Below are positions 50,769 through 62,454 of a stretch of DNA of 64,000 bases, in pieces; within the stretch, counting starts at the first letter, position 1; each line of letters begins with the position of its first letter. Both the position numbers and the translations under genes were made by a program. The notes beneath the pieces are model-generated. The model was not told where the DNA came from. It did no database searches and saw only the letters and a list, made by a program, of their open reading frames with translations. This stretch comes from Gammaproteobacteria bacterium (GTDB lineage: Bacteria; Pseudomonadota; Gammaproteobacteria; Eutrophobiales; Eutrophobiaceae): the NCBI GenBank assembly GCA_030829955.1, contig JAURNY010000031.1, forward strand, positions 5,374 to 69,373, in the 5' to 3' direction.

Positions 50769-51398
50769 GTGCTTGAACTAATCAAGGCGGGTGGCTTATT
50801 AATGTGGCCAATCTTATTATGTTCCGTAATTTCATTAGCAATTATTGCTGAAAGATTCTGGTCACTAAGGGAAAAGAAAATTGCCCCTAAAAATTTGGTT
50901 GCCAAAGTGTGGCAATGGCAAAAAGTTGGCCATCTTGATCAGAAACGTATACAAGCATTAAGCTCCAGTTCTCCTTTAGGGTTGGTGTTATCAGCAGGTC
51001 TGATTAATCGCGCGCATACCCGCGAAATCATGAAAGAAAGTATTGAAGAAACCGGTCGTCATGTTGCTCATGAGTTGGAACGCTTCTTAAATACACTTGG
51101 CACCATTGCTTCTATTTCGCCTTTATTAGGTTTGCTTGGTACCGTTATCGGTATGATTAAAGTCTTTACTGTTATTACCGCACAAGGTGTTGGCGATCCT
51201 AGTGTTTTATCTGAAGGTATTTCAGAAGCTTTGATCACTACAGCAGCAGGCTTGTCAGTAGCTATTCCAAGTTTAATGTTTCACCGTTATTTCAGTGGTC
51301 GTGTTCATGAATTAACCATCACCATGGAGCAAGAAGCATTAAAGATGGTTGAAGTGATGCACGGCCAACGTGAATCCGATCAAATTGGCGAAGTTTAA
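50769..51398 (+). CDS. exbB: MotA/TolQ/ExbB proton-channel family protein (ExbB-like)
   Basis: 209 aa, three TM segments, conserved C-terminal TolQ/ExbB region. GTG start with a GGAG SD 7 nt upstream. Confidence 0.8.
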   Translation: MLELIKAGGLLMWPILLCSVISLAIIAERFWSLREKKIAPKNLVAKVWQWQKVGHLDQKRIQALSSSSPLGLVLSAGLINRAHTREIMKESIEETGRHVAHELERFLNTLGTIASISPLLGLLGTVIGMIKVFTVITAQGVGDPSVLSEGISEALITTAAGLSVAIPSLMFHRYFSGRVHELTITMEQEALKMVEVMHGQRESDQIGEV

Positions 51399-51403
51399 TC
51401 AGA

Positions 51404-51823
51404 ATGAATTTCAGAAAAGATAAACTGGAACCAGTGCATCTTGATATCACACCACTTATTGATGTGGTATTTTTATTGCTTATCTTTTTTATGGTTTCAA
51501 CTACGTTTGAACATAATTCTGAAATTAATATCACCTTACCAACGTCTTCGAAAGAAGTAAAAGAGGCCAAACCGGATTCGGTTAATATTAGTCTGGATGC
51601 ATCTGGTAATGTCTATATTAATGACAAGGCATTGGTGAACGCGCAATTAGAGACGATTAAACAGGCGTTATCTGAAGCGGTGTTGGGGATTGATGAACCA
51701 CCAATTATCATCAGTGCAGATGCTGAAGCATCTCATCAGTCTGTCATCAAAGTGATGGATGCAGCCAGACAATTAAATCTGATTAGAATTACGTTTATGA
51801 CTCAGGAATTACCCGAAGGGTAA
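51404..51823 (+). CDS. exbD: ExbD/TolR biopolymer transport protein
   Basis: 139 aa with a single N-terminal TM (LIDVVFLLLIFFMV) and a periplasmic domain. It starts 5 nt after exbB. Confidence 0.8.
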   Translation: MNFRKDKLEPVHLDITPLIDVVFLLLIFFMVSTTFEHNSEINITLPTSSKEVKEAKPDSVNISLDASGNVYINDKALVNAQLETIKQALSEAVLGIDEPPIIISADAEASHQSVIKVMDAARQLNLIRITFMTQELPEG

Positions 51824-51835
51824 TAAATTATTATT

Positions 51836-52840
51836 ATGCTGTTTCAGGAACAGATTGAAAAACTTTGGTATTCAAAACATCCAATCGGATATTTATTAAT
51901 ACCTTTATCGTGGATTTATATCCTCGTTATCAAGACTCGTCGCTTATTTTATCAAATCGGTTTATTCAATATTAATCAACTTGATGTGCCGGTTATCGTT
52001 GTAGGAAATATTTCGGTAGGTGGTACAGGTAAAACGCCCCTAGTGCTGTGGTTATGTCAGTATTTTCGGGATAAAGGTTTAAAACCCGGCATCATTAGTC
52101 GGGGTTATGGCGGGATTTTCATGAATAAACCACAGCAGGTGCGGCCAGATAGTAGTCCAAAACTTGTTGGAGATGAAGCCGTATTATTAGCTAGAAACAC
52201 CTTAAGCCCAGTTGCAGTAGCTAAAAAAAGACGATTGGCAGCAGAAGAATTAGTCAAACATTATCGATGTAATATCATTATCTGTGATGATGGTTTACAG
52301 CATTATGCCATGCAACGGGATATAGAGATTGCCGTTATAGATGGCGCACGTCGTTTTGGTAATGGACACTGCCTTCCGGCAGGACCCTTGCGTGAACCAA
52401 TAAGCCGACTAGAATCAGTCGATATGATCGTTAGTAAATTTAATTATGGTCGACATGAATACAAAATGGATTATGAATATACTGATCTAATTGCATTGGT
52501 TACACCAGATAAAACTATGTCAGTAGAGAAACTTTCAGGTCAGAAGGTTCATGCTGTTGCAGGTATTGGCAATCCTGAAAGCTTTTTCTCTTATTTGAGG
52601 AATCATAATATTCAGATTATTAAGCATGTATTTCCCGATCACTATGCTTTTAGAAAAGAAGATATATTATTTCACGACGGTTTGCCCGTGGTGATGACTG
52701 AAAAGGATGCAGTAAAATGTTTTTCTTATGCTAACCAGTCACACTGGTATTTACCTATAAGGGCTAAATTACCTGAAGCATTTTGTATTAGACTGGATAA
52801 TTTAATGAAAGAGGTTGTTAATGGACAAAAAACTGCTTGA
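51836..52840 (+). CDS. lpxK: Tetraacyldisaccharide 4'-kinase LpxK
   Basis: 334 aa. P-loop [13 protein letters not shown] and N-terminal membrane anchor typical of LpxK. Followed by ycaR-kdsB as in many proteobacteria. Confidence 0.88.
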   Translation: MLFQEQIEKLWYSKHPIGYLLIPLSWIYILVIKTRRLFYQIGLFNINQLDVPVIVVGNISVGGTGKTPLVLWLCQYFRDKGLKPGIISRGYGGIFMNKPQQVRPDSSPKLVGDEAVLLARNTLSPVAVAKKRRLAAEELVKHYRCNIIICDDGLQHYAMQRDIEIAVIDGARRFGNGHCLPAGPLREPISRLESVDMIVSKFNYGRHEYKMDYEYTDLIALVTPDKTMSVEKLSGQKVHAVAGIGNPESFFSYLRNHNIQIIKHVFPDHYAFRKEDILFHDGLPVVMTEKDAVKCFSYANQSHWYLPIRAKLPEAFCIRLDNLMKEVVNGQKTA

Positions 52841-53012
52841 TATCCTAGTGTGCCCTATTACCAAGGGGCCATTAGTGCTGGATAAGAAAAATCAGGAATT
52901 GCTTTCGCGTACTGCTCGACTGGCATATCCGATTAGAGAAGGCATTCCGGTAATGCTCGAGGACGAAGCCAGAACGTTAAGTGATGATGAACTGGAAGCA
53001 TTGAACCAGTGA
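52821..53012 (+). CDS. Trm112/YcaR family protein
   Basis: About 63 aa. [21 protein letters not shown]...[12 protein letters not shown] matches the Trm112 zinc-ribbon-like family. Overlaps the lpxK end and kdsB start. Confidence 0.75.
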   Translation: MDKKLLDILVCPITKGPLVLDKKNQELLSRTARLAYPIREGIPVMLEDEARTLSDDELEALNQ

Positions 53013-53743
53013 CCATCCCGTATAGTATTATTATTCCTGCCAGATACGCATCAACGCGATTACCTGGAAAACCATTATTGAAAATAAAAGGTAAACCGCT
53101 TATTCAGCAAGTTTATGAACAAGCCAGATTAAGTGATGCCAGAGCAATTTATATTGCTACCGATGATGAGCGAGTAAGAAAATCTGCTAAAAAGTTTAAT
53201 GCAAATGTTGTAATGACATCTGATAAGCATGAATCAGGAACGGATCGTCTAGCTGAAGTTATTGAAAAAGAATTTATTGCTCATGATGAAATTATTGTGA
53301 ATGTTCAGGGCGATGAGTATGGATTGCCCAATATATTGATTGAGCAGGTTGCAGAGTTATTACATGCACACCCAGATGCGAAAGTTGCAACCTTGTGTGA
53401 GCCTATAGAAAAAGAAGAAGATTATTTAAATCCAAATATCGTCAAGGTGGTTAAGGATAAACAAAATAGGGCCTTATATTTTAGTCGTTCTCCTATTCCT
53501 CATAATCGTGATGATGGCTTGCTAAAACAGTGTTTTCGTCATATTGGGCTTTATGCGTATCGGGCAGGTTATTTATCACAATTCACAAAAATGCCAATAT
53601 CAGCATTAGAAAAAAATGAAAAACTGGAACAGCTTCGTGTTCTTGAAAACGGTGATCGTATTATTATTGATGTTGCCAGAGCGAAGTCTGGAATAGGCAT
53701 TGACACAAAAGAGGATCTTGCTTTGGTAATCAAGCAGGTTTAG
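53009..53743 (+). CDS. kdsB: 3-deoxy-manno-octulosonate cytidylyltransferase KdsB
   Basis: 244 aa. The N-terminus [17 protein letters not shown] and NVQGDEP-like region (NVQGDEY) are typical of CMP-KDO synthetase. Confidence 0.9.
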   Translation: MTIPYSIIIPARYASTRLPGKPLLKIKGKPLIQQVYEQARLSDARAIYIATDDERVRKSAKKFNANVVMTSDKHESGTDRLAEVIEKEFIAHDEIIVNVQGDEYGLPNILIEQVAELLHAHPDAKVATLCEPIEKEEDYLNPNIVKVVKDKQNRALYFSRSPIPHNRDDGLLKQCFRHIGLYAYRAGYLSQFTKMPISALEKNEKLEQLRVLENGDRIIIDVARAKSGIGIDTKEDLALVIKQV

Positions 53744-53758
53744 ACATCTGCTTGATTA

Positions 53759-53977
53759 TTATCTTGCGCGGAAGGTTATTCTACCTTTTGACAGATCGTA
53801 AGGTGTCATTTCGACAGTTACCCGGTCACCAGTAAGAATACGAATATAGTTTTTTCTCATTTTGCCGGAGATATGAGCAGTGATCACATGTCCATTATCA
53901 AGTTCAACACGAAACATTGTGTTCGGAAGGGTTTCTACAATAGTGCCTTCCATCTCGATTTGATCTTCTTTCGCCAT
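53759..53977 (-). CDS. infA: Translation initiation factor IF-1
   Basis: 72 aa from the internal start [53 protein letters not shown]..., near-identical to the canonical IF-1 S1-like fold. Confidence 0.92.
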   Translation of the reverse strand: MAKEDQIEMEGTIVETLPNTMFRVELDNGHVITAHISGKMRKNYIRILTGDRVTVEMTPYDLSKGRITFRAR

Positions 53978-54016
53978 GAATTCCTCTAACGCTAAAAAGT
54001 GCGAATAATGCACTAA

Positions 54017-54760
54017 TTATGATTGGACTGCAAAATTTTGACTGGATAGGGGCTCTAAACACTTCCACTGGTTGCCCAGAAAACATTCTAGAGGTTGATA
54101 TTCGGTTTTATAGCTCATTTTTTGACAACCGGTTATCCAGTAACCGAGATAAAGGTAGGATAGACCCAACTCTTTGGTTAATTTGATTAATGACAAAATG
54201 ACATATTTGCCAAGGCTACGAGTAGCATAATCCGTGTCGAAAAATGTATAAACTGCAGAACAGCCATCCAATAATTCATCGATAACGGCAACAGCTAATA
54301 ATTTTTCATTTAACCTATACTCGACCAGTCGTGTTTCTGACCATTTACACCAGAGAAAATTTTGATAACTATCTTCTGTTGGGTTATTCATATCGCTATC
54401 CTGGTGCCTAGTTGAAATATATTTTCGATAAAGCTCAAAATGTTCGGTATTAAATTCGGCGACAGTGAACGTTGTGCTTAAGTCTTTATTCAGTTTGAAA
54501 GCTCTTTTCTGGTGACGTCGTGGACTAAAAGTTTCAACAGGAATTCTTGCCGGTATACATTCCTGACAATTAGCACAATGTGGCCGATAAAGATGTTCGC
54601 CACTACGTCTAAAACCATTAGCGACCAAGCTGGAATATAACAATTTGTTTTTCGGAGAGAGTGGATCAGCAAATAGGCTGGTGGCCTCATTGCCTTCAAT
54701 ATAATGACATTCGTGTGGAGCAGTTAGAAAAAAGCGAAGATATTGACTGTCATTATCCAT
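54017..54760 (-). CDS. bpt: Arginyl-tRNA-protein transferase-like Bpt (Asp/Glu leucyltransferase)
   Basis: 247 aa. ATE N- and C-domain profile, with conserved Cys cluster CANCQEC near the N-terminal part. Adjacent to and overlapping aat. Confidence 0.85.
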   Translation of the reverse strand: MDNDSQYLRFFLTAPHECHYIEGNEATSLFADPLSPKNKLLYSSLVANGFRRSGEHLYRPHCANCQECIPARIPVETFSPRRHQKRAFKLNKDLSTTFTVAEFNTEHFELYRKYISTRHQDSDMNNPTEDSYQNFLWCKWSETRLVEYRLNEKLLAVAVIDELLDGCSAVYTFFDTDYATRSLGKYVILSLIKLTKELGLSYLYLGYWITGCQKMSYKTEYQPLECFLGNQWKCLEPLSSQNFAVQS

Positions 54761-55478
54761 TATGTTGCCAATCAGTGGTTTTTTTCAATGTACAATAGGC
54801 ATGTAAATACTGAGTAAAATGTTCACGTTGAATTGGTTTTGCTCCGAGTGATTGCAGATGCGGTGAATGAACCTGGCAATCGATAAGTTTGAATCCTTTA
54901 TTGGCAAGTTGTTCTGTTAGCGAAACGAGTGCAATTTTTGAAGCATCGGTTTTCCTACTAAACATAGATTCACCGAAAAACACTTTTCCAAGAGCTATAC
55001 CATATAAGCCGCCTATCAACTCACCTTCAAACCAGGTTTCAACTGAATGAGCATAACCGGATTGATGTAAACCTATATAAGCGAGTTTCATTTCATTGGT
55101 AATCCAGGTTTCATTAATAATTTTTCTGGGTGCAGCACAGTTTTCTATGACACGTTGAAAACATTTATTGAAACTGACTTGGTATAGGTTTTGTTTGAGT
55201 TTTTTCCCCAAACTGCGAGATACATTTATTTGATTAGGTTCCAGTATACAACGCGGATCGGGTGACCACCAGAGAATAGGTTGTCCTGCGTTAAACCATG
55301 GAAATATACCTTTTTGGTATGCTTCTAGTAAACGGGATTCAGTTAATTCTCCACCTATAGCCAATAAGCCATCAGGTTCACGTAATGACTGGGATACTTC
55401 AGGAAATGAATTTGACAGTAAATTGTCTTTTACCCAGTAAAGTTTTTTATTAGATTGATTTTGATTTCCGTAAGTCAT
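54753..55478 (-). CDS. aat: Leucyl/phenylalanyl-tRNA-protein transferase Aat
   Basis: 241 aa. Conserved L/F-transferase regions (GIFPWFN...ILWWSPDPR, FGESMFS). Confidence 0.88.
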   Translation of the reverse strand: MTYGNQNQSNKKLYWVKDNLLSNSFPEVSQSLREPDGLLAIGGELTESRLLEAYQKGIFPWFNAGQPILWWSPDPRCILEPNQINVSRSLGKKLKQNLYQVSFNKCFQRVIENCAAPRKIINETWITNEMKLAYIGLHQSGYAHSVETWFEGELIGGLYGIALGKVFFGESMFSRKTDASKIALVSLTEQLANKGFKLIDCQVHSPHLQSLGAKPIQREHFTQYLHAYCTLKKTTDWQHNG

Positions 55479-55482
55479 ATGG

Positions 55483-56619
55483 CTAGTTTATCGCTTTATA
55501 GGGGAGATGTGACTCTAGTAAACTAATTTGTTCACGCATCATTTTGGTTTCACGTTGCAAGTAATTAGCTATCACATTTGAAAAATTCGGTTCACGTATC
55601 CAATGTGCAGATGTCATACCAACAGGCTGAAAGCCTCTGGCTAATTTATGTTCGCCTTGCACACCGGCATCCAATTTTTCCAGTTTTGTTTTAATCACAT
55701 GCTCTATCGTTTGGTAATAACATAATTCAAAATGTAGGAATGGAATCTCGGTTTTGCAACCCCAATGACGACCATAAAGGGTTGTATCATCCTTCATGGC
55801 AAATGCGCCTGCGATATATTCATCTCCCTTTTTTGCCATAATTAATAAGGTTTGATCTGACAAAGCCTTGCCCAACGATTTGAAAAAATCCAGCGTAAAA
55901 CGCGGTTCCCCCAATTTTTTATAGAAGGTCGTGGAGTAAAAACGATAAAAGTGTTGCCAATGTTCTTCAGTTATTAATTTGCCAGACAATCTTTCTATTT
56001 CAATATCGCTTTCAGATATTGCTTTACGTTCATGCAGGATTTTCTTTCTTTTCTTTGATGTGAGTGTGTCAGTAAAATCCTGAAAGTCACGATACTCCTG
56101 GTTAAACCAGTGGTATTGCAAAGTTATTCTTTGTAAAGCATTATGACGATAAAAATCACTCATATTTGCTTCTGTGGGGAACAGAATGTGCGCAGAAGAG
56201 AATCGGCATTTATGCATTAGTGCAATTAGATTTTCTATCAAGATATTTTTATATTCAATACTGTTACTATCTTTTCTGCATAACAAGCGATTACCTGATA
56301 CAGGTGAAAAGGGAACTGCAGATACTAGTTTTGGATAATAATGGTGACCGGCACGGTGATAGGCATCGGCCCATATCCAGTCAAAAACAAATTCACCGTA
56401 TGAGTCTTCTTTACGGTATAAAGGTAATATAGCTAATAATTCTCTGTTATCTTCAATGACTAAATGTGATGGAAACCAATATTGTGATTTAAGGCAGTTG
56501 TATTTCTCTAGTCCATACAGAAAATCATATGATAAAAAAGGGTTGTTGTTTGTATCCAGTGACTGCCAGTTCTCTGCATTAATTTCAGCAAGACTGGTAA
56601 CAATTCGACATTCAGGCAT
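55483..56619 (-). CDS. GNAT-family acetyltransferase, FemAB-like (PF04339/DUF482-type)
   Basis: 378 aa. Two-lobed acyltransferase-like profile. Identified from the overall pattern and the conserved position next to aat; no single diagnostic motif. Confidence 0.6.
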   Translation of the reverse strand: MPECRIVTSLAEINAENWQSLDTNNNPFLSYDFLYGLEKYNCLKSQYWFPSHLVIEDNRELLAILPLYRKEDSYGEFVFDWIWADAYHRAGHHYYPKLVSAVPFSPVSGNRLLCRKDSNSIEYKNILIENLIALMHKCRFSSAHILFPTEANMSDFYRHNALQRITLQYHWFNQEYRDFQDFTDTLTSKKRKKILHERKAISESDIEIERLSGKLITEEHWQHFYRFYSTTFYKKLGEPRFTLDFFKSLGKALSDQTLLIMAKKGDEYIAGAFAMKDDTTLYGRHWGCKTEIPFLHFELCYYQTIEHVIKTKLEKLDAGVQGEHKLARGFQPVGMTSAHWIREPNFSNVIANYLQRETKMMREQISLLESHLPYKAIN

Positions 56620-56638
56620 ATATTGCGGCCTGATTCAG

Positions 56639-57154
56639 TTATTGAGTAATATTTATATCGCCACCTATTACTTTCAAGGTGGCGCGTTTAGAGCCTTCCA
56701 ATGAAAAGCGGGTTTCTTCATACGCCCCGTTTGCGAGCATGAAGCGAAATGTAAAGTTAATGCCATTTATAAGCGCATTTAATTTTGCTGAAACAACTTC
56801 ATTATTTTTTATGTAACCGAGAACAAATTCACTCCATTTATGATTACTGATACATGGTGCATTATTAATGGAACGGTTATCGATAATTAGGTTATCTATC
56901 TGGAAGGTGGGGCAATGCTTTTCTGCTAATCTTTCAGAATGCTCATTTACAGAGAATCTGGAACGAACTGCACCGACACTATCTTTATATATTTCTACAG
57001 TGTAACCATCCTGATTGGTAACAAAAGCAATCGGCGTTGTGGCGTTACTATCAACCTCAGTACTAACTTTCCATATCGCGTAAGAATATTGGGAAAATAG
57101 CATTGAACACAAGGCGATTGAGAAAAGCGAAATTGTAGAATTAATTTTACTCAT
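56639..57154 (-). CDS. Hypothetical secreted protein
   Basis: 171 aa. Signal peptide MSKINSTISLFSIALCSMLFSQYSYA, two further Cys. No family recognised. Confidence 0.5.
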   Translation of the reverse strand: MSKINSTISLFSIALCSMLFSQYSYAIWKVSTEVDSNATTPIAFVTNQDGYTVEIYKDSVGAVRSRFSVNEHSERLAEKHCPTFQIDNLIIDNRSINNAPCISNHKWSEFVLGYIKNNEVVSAKLNALINGINFTFRFMLANGAYEETRFSLEGSKRATLKVIGGDINITQ

Positions 57155-57228
57155 TGCATATTTATAGCGACGTAAAAAACTGTTTAAATTAGAATAATAT
57201 ATTTAAAACATACCATATTTTATCAATA

Positions 57229-58212
57229 ATGAAACGTAGAGACCTGATTTTAGGTGGCATTAGCTCTCTAACTTTAGTCAAAATATACCCTTTATGGGCT
57301 AACGCAACAGGGAAAAATGCTGTTGGCATTATAAGTGATTCGATTTTTCTTCAATATCATCTGGCAGAAGGTCATCCTGAATCACCTGCACGATATCGGG
57401 TGATACAGGAGCATCTGAAACAATCTTCTGTTTATCGAGACATCGATAAACCAGCACTACACAAAAATCCTGAGAAGTGGCTAGATACCATTCATACATC
57501 AGAACACATAGCATCCATTAAAAAACTCTATCCAGAGGCCTATCCTGTTGCAACTGCAGCGGTAGCTGCACCATTAAGTGCTGTAGATGAGGTGATGAAT
57601 AAAAGATTAAAATATGTATTTTGCTCAGCACGGCCTCCCGGGCATCATGCGTTGAATACTGGCAGGGAAGAGGGATTTTGTTATTTTAATCAAATTGCTA
57701 TTGCTGCACGTTATGCGCAACAGCAATATGGTTTAAAAAATATACTGATCGTTGATTGGGATTATCATCATGGCAATTCAACTGAAGCGATGTTTTATAC
57801 GGATGCCAGCGTATTATTTTTTTCAACACATGATCAATTTGCCTATCCTGGCACGGGCGATCCTGCAAAAACGGGTGAAGGTGCAGGCAAAGGGTTTAAT
57901 GTAAATGTTCATTTGCCATGTGACACAACAGACGAAATGATTATTGAGGCATACAAAACAAAATTATTACCGTTATTGCCCGAATTCAAACCGGAGCTTG
58001 TATTAATTTCTGCCGGTTTCGATAGCAAGATTAATGATAATTTGGGTTGTTTTAATGTCACTGACAAGGGTTTTTCTGAATTAACCTTGATGATGAAGCA
58101 GGTAGCAAATCAATATTGTGATGGCAGGTTGGTGTCTATCCTTGAAGGTGGCTACAACCTAGAAGGAAATGCCAAGGCTGTAGTGACTCACATCAATGCA
58201 TTAGTCAATTAA
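57229..58212 (+). CDS. Histone deacetylase-family amidohydrolase (AcuC/acetylpolyamine amidohydrolase-like) with N-terminal Tat-type signal peptide
   Basis: 327 aa. HDAC catalytic signatures RPPGHHA, DWDYHHGNSTE and ISAGFD. The N-terminal MKRRDLILGGISSLTLVKIYPLWANA has an RR motif, an h-region and an AxA cleavage site. Confidence 0.85.
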   Translation: MKRRDLILGGISSLTLVKIYPLWANATGKNAVGIISDSIFLQYHLAEGHPESPARYRVIQEHLKQSSVYRDIDKPALHKNPEKWLDTIHTSEHIASIKKLYPEAYPVATAAVAAPLSAVDEVMNKRLKYVFCSARPPGHHALNTGREEGFCYFNQIAIAARYAQQQYGLKNILIVDWDYHHGNSTEAMFYTDASVLFFSTHDQFAYPGTGDPAKTGEGAGKGFNVNVHLPCDTTDEMIIEAYKTKLLPLLPEFKPELVLISAGFDSKINDNLGCFNVTDKGFSELTLMMKQVANQYCDGRLVSILEGGYNLEGNAKAVVTHINALVN

Positions 58213-58238
58213 TACTGGTTAATCGATTAATTATCTAA

Positions 58239-58571
58239 CTATTTATCGATGTCTACTGATTTGGAATAGACAGGGAAAGGCATCACATTTTCACCAGCTT
58301 CGAGTTTGGTTATTTTTGCAGCACCTTCTTTTTCAACTTCATCGATGCGAATAATTGAATGCATGGGAATATAAGTTCGATTTACACCTTTAAACTCGGA
58401 TTTCAAATTTTCTTCACTAGGATCAACGACGACACTACTGCGCTCACCGAACAGGATTTTTTCTACTTCGATGAAGCCGAAAATCCCACCCTGATGCAAG
58501 TCACGAGCAAATATTTCGAAGACTTTGCCTTGATTGTGAAAAATTACTTTATATATGGTTTTGTCAGTCAT
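58239..58571 (-). CDS. DUF1820-like small protein
   Basis: 110 aa, soluble, no motif. The family call is from my memory of the profile only. Confidence 0.45.
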   Translation of the reverse strand: MTDKTIYKVIFHNQGKVFEIFARDLHQGGIFGFIEVEKILFGERSSVVVDPSEENLKSEFKGVNRTYIPMHSIIRIDEVEKEGAAKITKLEAGENVMPFPVYSKSVDIDK

Positions 58572-58625
58572 GATTAATCTTTGTGGTAAAAAAGTCGGCG
58601 AATAATAGCATAAAGATAGAAATAA

Positions 58626-60107
58626 TTAGAATTCATATGTCAGATTTGCACCAGGCCCTAATGGCAAACCAAGCGTTGTCCAAATAACAAGTAATATTAA
58701 CCAGACCAGCAAAAAAGCAATAGAGTAGGGGAGCATCATGGCTACAACTGTTCCCAGCCCCGAGCCTTTTGCATATTTTCTAAATTCAATAATGATAATA
58801 ATCATATATGGATTCATTGGTGTAATGACATTGCTTACAGAATCACCGATTCGATATGCTGCTTGTGTTAATTCTGGAGTGATATTTATTTGCATTAACA
58901 TGGGTACAAATACAGGCGCAAAGAATGCATATTTTGCTGATGCTGAACCGATTAACAAGTTTGCCAACACAACCAGAAGTACAAAACAAATTAATAACAA
59001 AGAATCATGCACACCGAATGTTGTTAGCCATTGCCCACCGGCAACAGCCATGATTTGACCAAGACCTGATTGTTGAAATGCGGCAATAAATTGTGCTGCG
59101 AAAAAAGCTAGTACAATATAAGGCCCCAGATCAGCCATCACTTGCCCAAGCATATTGGCAATATCTCTATCACTTTTTATTGTTTTACTTAGCAGGCCAA
59201 ATACCAATGCGGGAATAAAAAATAAAAATAACAGTAATACAACAGTGGCTTCTATCCATCGATCAAAACGTTTTCCTTCCCCATAAAGTGGCCAGCCAGG
59301 AATTAAACAGGCAGTCACGACTAATAGAAACAATACTAATGCCGTAATACACGCATACTTTAATGCAAATATATTGTCATTGTGTTGTTCGGTGATTTTA
59401 TGGGTGTTTGTTAATTCAATATTTTCTACAGCGGGAGCAACATATTTTTCTGTGACAAACCAGCCTGTAATGACAAGTAAAATAGTTGATGCGATCATGA
59501 ACCACCAGTTGCCGGTCACTGCCACAACATATTCGGGATCGATAAATTGTGCGCCACGTTGAGTAAATCCTGCCAATAAAGGATCCAGGGCAGTGATAAA
59601 TAAATTGGCACTAAAACCTGCTGATACACCAGCAAATGAAACGGCAATACCTAATAATGGTGAACGCCCTACAGACATATATACAAGTGCTGCTAATGGT
59701 ACTAGTACGACATAACCGGCATCTAATGCAATAGAAGAGAGTATGCCAATGAAAAGAGTGGTTGGTGAAAGTAGTTTCAATGAAACATGTCGCATACCAA
59801 ATTGAATTAATCTGCCTAACAGACCGGTTTTTTCAGCAAAGCCAATCCCTAACATGCCGACCAATACAATTCCCAAGGGGGGGAACTGCAAGAAGTTGGT
59901 GATCATGGTTGACATTAACCACCAGATACCATCGCTGGATAACAGATTGATTGCAGAGTACTGGGTTCCATCAGGTGCAGTGACTGACCATTGATTCATG
60001 GCAGCAAAGCTTGAGAGTAAAAATACGATGATTATCCCGATAAAAAATAAAGTATTAGGATCAGGTAAGCGATTACCTATTCGTTCAATGGTCGTTAATA
60101 TTTTCAT
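58626..60107 (-). CDS. AbgT family transporter (p-aminobenzoyl-glutamate/antimetabolite transporter family)
   Basis: 493 aa. The N-terminus IERIGNRLPDPNTLFFIGIIIVFLLS aligns with E. coli AbgT WVERIGNKVPHPFLLF.... Multi-TM. Confidence 0.85.
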   Translation of the reverse strand: MKILTTIERIGNRLPDPNTLFFIGIIIVFLLSSFAAMNQWSVTAPDGTQYSAINLLSSDGIWWLMSTMITNFLQFPPLGIVLVGMLGIGFAEKTGLLGRLIQFGMRHVSLKLLSPTTLFIGILSSIALDAGYVVLVPLAALVYMSVGRSPLLGIAVSFAGVSAGFSANLFITALDPLLAGFTQRGAQFIDPEYVVAVTGNWWFMIASTILLVITGWFVTEKYVAPAVENIELTNTHKITEQHNDNIFALKYACITALVLFLLVVTACLIPGWPLYGEGKRFDRWIEATVVLLLFLFFIPALVFGLLSKTIKSDRDIANMLGQVMADLGPYIVLAFFAAQFIAAFQQSGLGQIMAVAGGQWLTTFGVHDSLLLICFVLLVVLANLLIGSASAKYAFFAPVFVPMLMQINITPELTQAAYRIGDSVSNVITPMNPYMIIIIIEFRKYAKGSGLGTVVAMMLPYSIAFLLVWLILLVIWTTLGLPLGPGANLTYEF

Positions 60108-60221
60108 CGGATACTGTTAATAAAATTAGATATGCCATGTATGTATTTCAAATAGCTTTCCTGAAAACATTAAATAGGATGCAAAATAATATTCGTTTTA
60201 TTATCTCAGGCACTGTGATGA

Positions 60222-61222
60222 CTATGGGTCAGATGTTACTAGTATTATTTTTCCGATGGTGTCACCTTGTTCAATTAATTGATGTGCTTTTGCTGCATCA
60301 GATAATGGTAATTCCTGTCGTACTTCTATTGTTAACTTGTTGTCATTAAGTAGGGATGCACATTGTTCAAGAATCCAAGATTGATGTTTTTGGGCATCAT
60401 TCATCCCTAGTAATTGAGGTGTTGTCATAACTTCAAAGCTGACAGTCTGGTTTCTAACTCTTGCACTTAGCCAATTTAAATCTGTAACGGGTAATAACAG
60501 GCTGACGATTTGTCCATAAACTTTTGTTAGAGGAAAAAGTTTTTCTGTTTCTTTTCCGCCAACATTATCTAGAGCAACATCAACCCCTGAGCCATTAGTC
60601 CACTCCAGCACGCGAGCTTCTACATCCTCGTTTTTATAATTAATAATACAATCTGCACCAAGTTTTTTTACAAAAGCAGCTTTTTCATCAGAACTGATTG
60701 TCGTGCACACCTGAGCGCCCACATAATTTGCAAGTTGAATTGCAACATGACCTACACCACCTGCACCAGCGTTGATAAATACTTTATCGCCTGCTTTTAA
60801 AGATGCGCGATCGAATAAAGCCTCCCATGCGGTTATTAAAACTAGTGGCGCCGCAGCCGCCTGATTATAAGTTAGTGACGCTGGTTTTCTTACCAGAAAG
60901 TGTTCTTCAATAACTGCATATTCAGCATAATTTCCATTGATGCCACTAATACCACCATGAAAAAAGTAAACTTGCTCACCAATGCTTACGTTTTTTACTG
61001 CACTACCTGTTTCAATGACTTCACCTGCACCGTCACAACCAGGGATAAGAGGTAAATCTTCAAGAGGATATGCGCCACCTCTGACTTTTGTATCGATGGG
61101 ATTTACTCCCGCCGCATGTATACGGATTTTTACTTCAGTATCTTTTTTAATTTCAGGATCAGTTACTTCAGTATATTCGAGTACATCGACACCACCTTGT
61201 TTATTAAATAAGACAGTCTTCA

Positions 61223-61223
<1 letters not shown>
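60222..61223 (-). CDS. Zinc-type/MDR-family NADPH:quinone oxidoreductase
   Basis: 333 aa. GroES-like N-domain and Rossmann fold GAGGVGHVAIQLA. Its ATG overlaps the trxB stop (TAATG). Confidence 0.85.
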
Positions 61224-62182
<959 letters not shown>

Positions 62183-62454
62183 TCATAATCTCCACGTGCT
62201 TGTTATTCATCATTATTTTGTGCTGAGAGAAGTAGAAACAGGTAAATGTGGGCAAAATGAGCAAAATTAAAGGTTTGTATTTAGCTCGTTTACCACATGT
62301 TACAACCTGGCTAAAGCGAGCGCTATGGTACGTGAAAGCTTGAGTGACAGCAAAATTTATTATATGTGATATAGTGATTTTTATCACTTTTACTATTTGA
62401 TTACTTCTTTAATAAACATATAATTACATAAGTTTCTTATTAAAAAACATCAAT

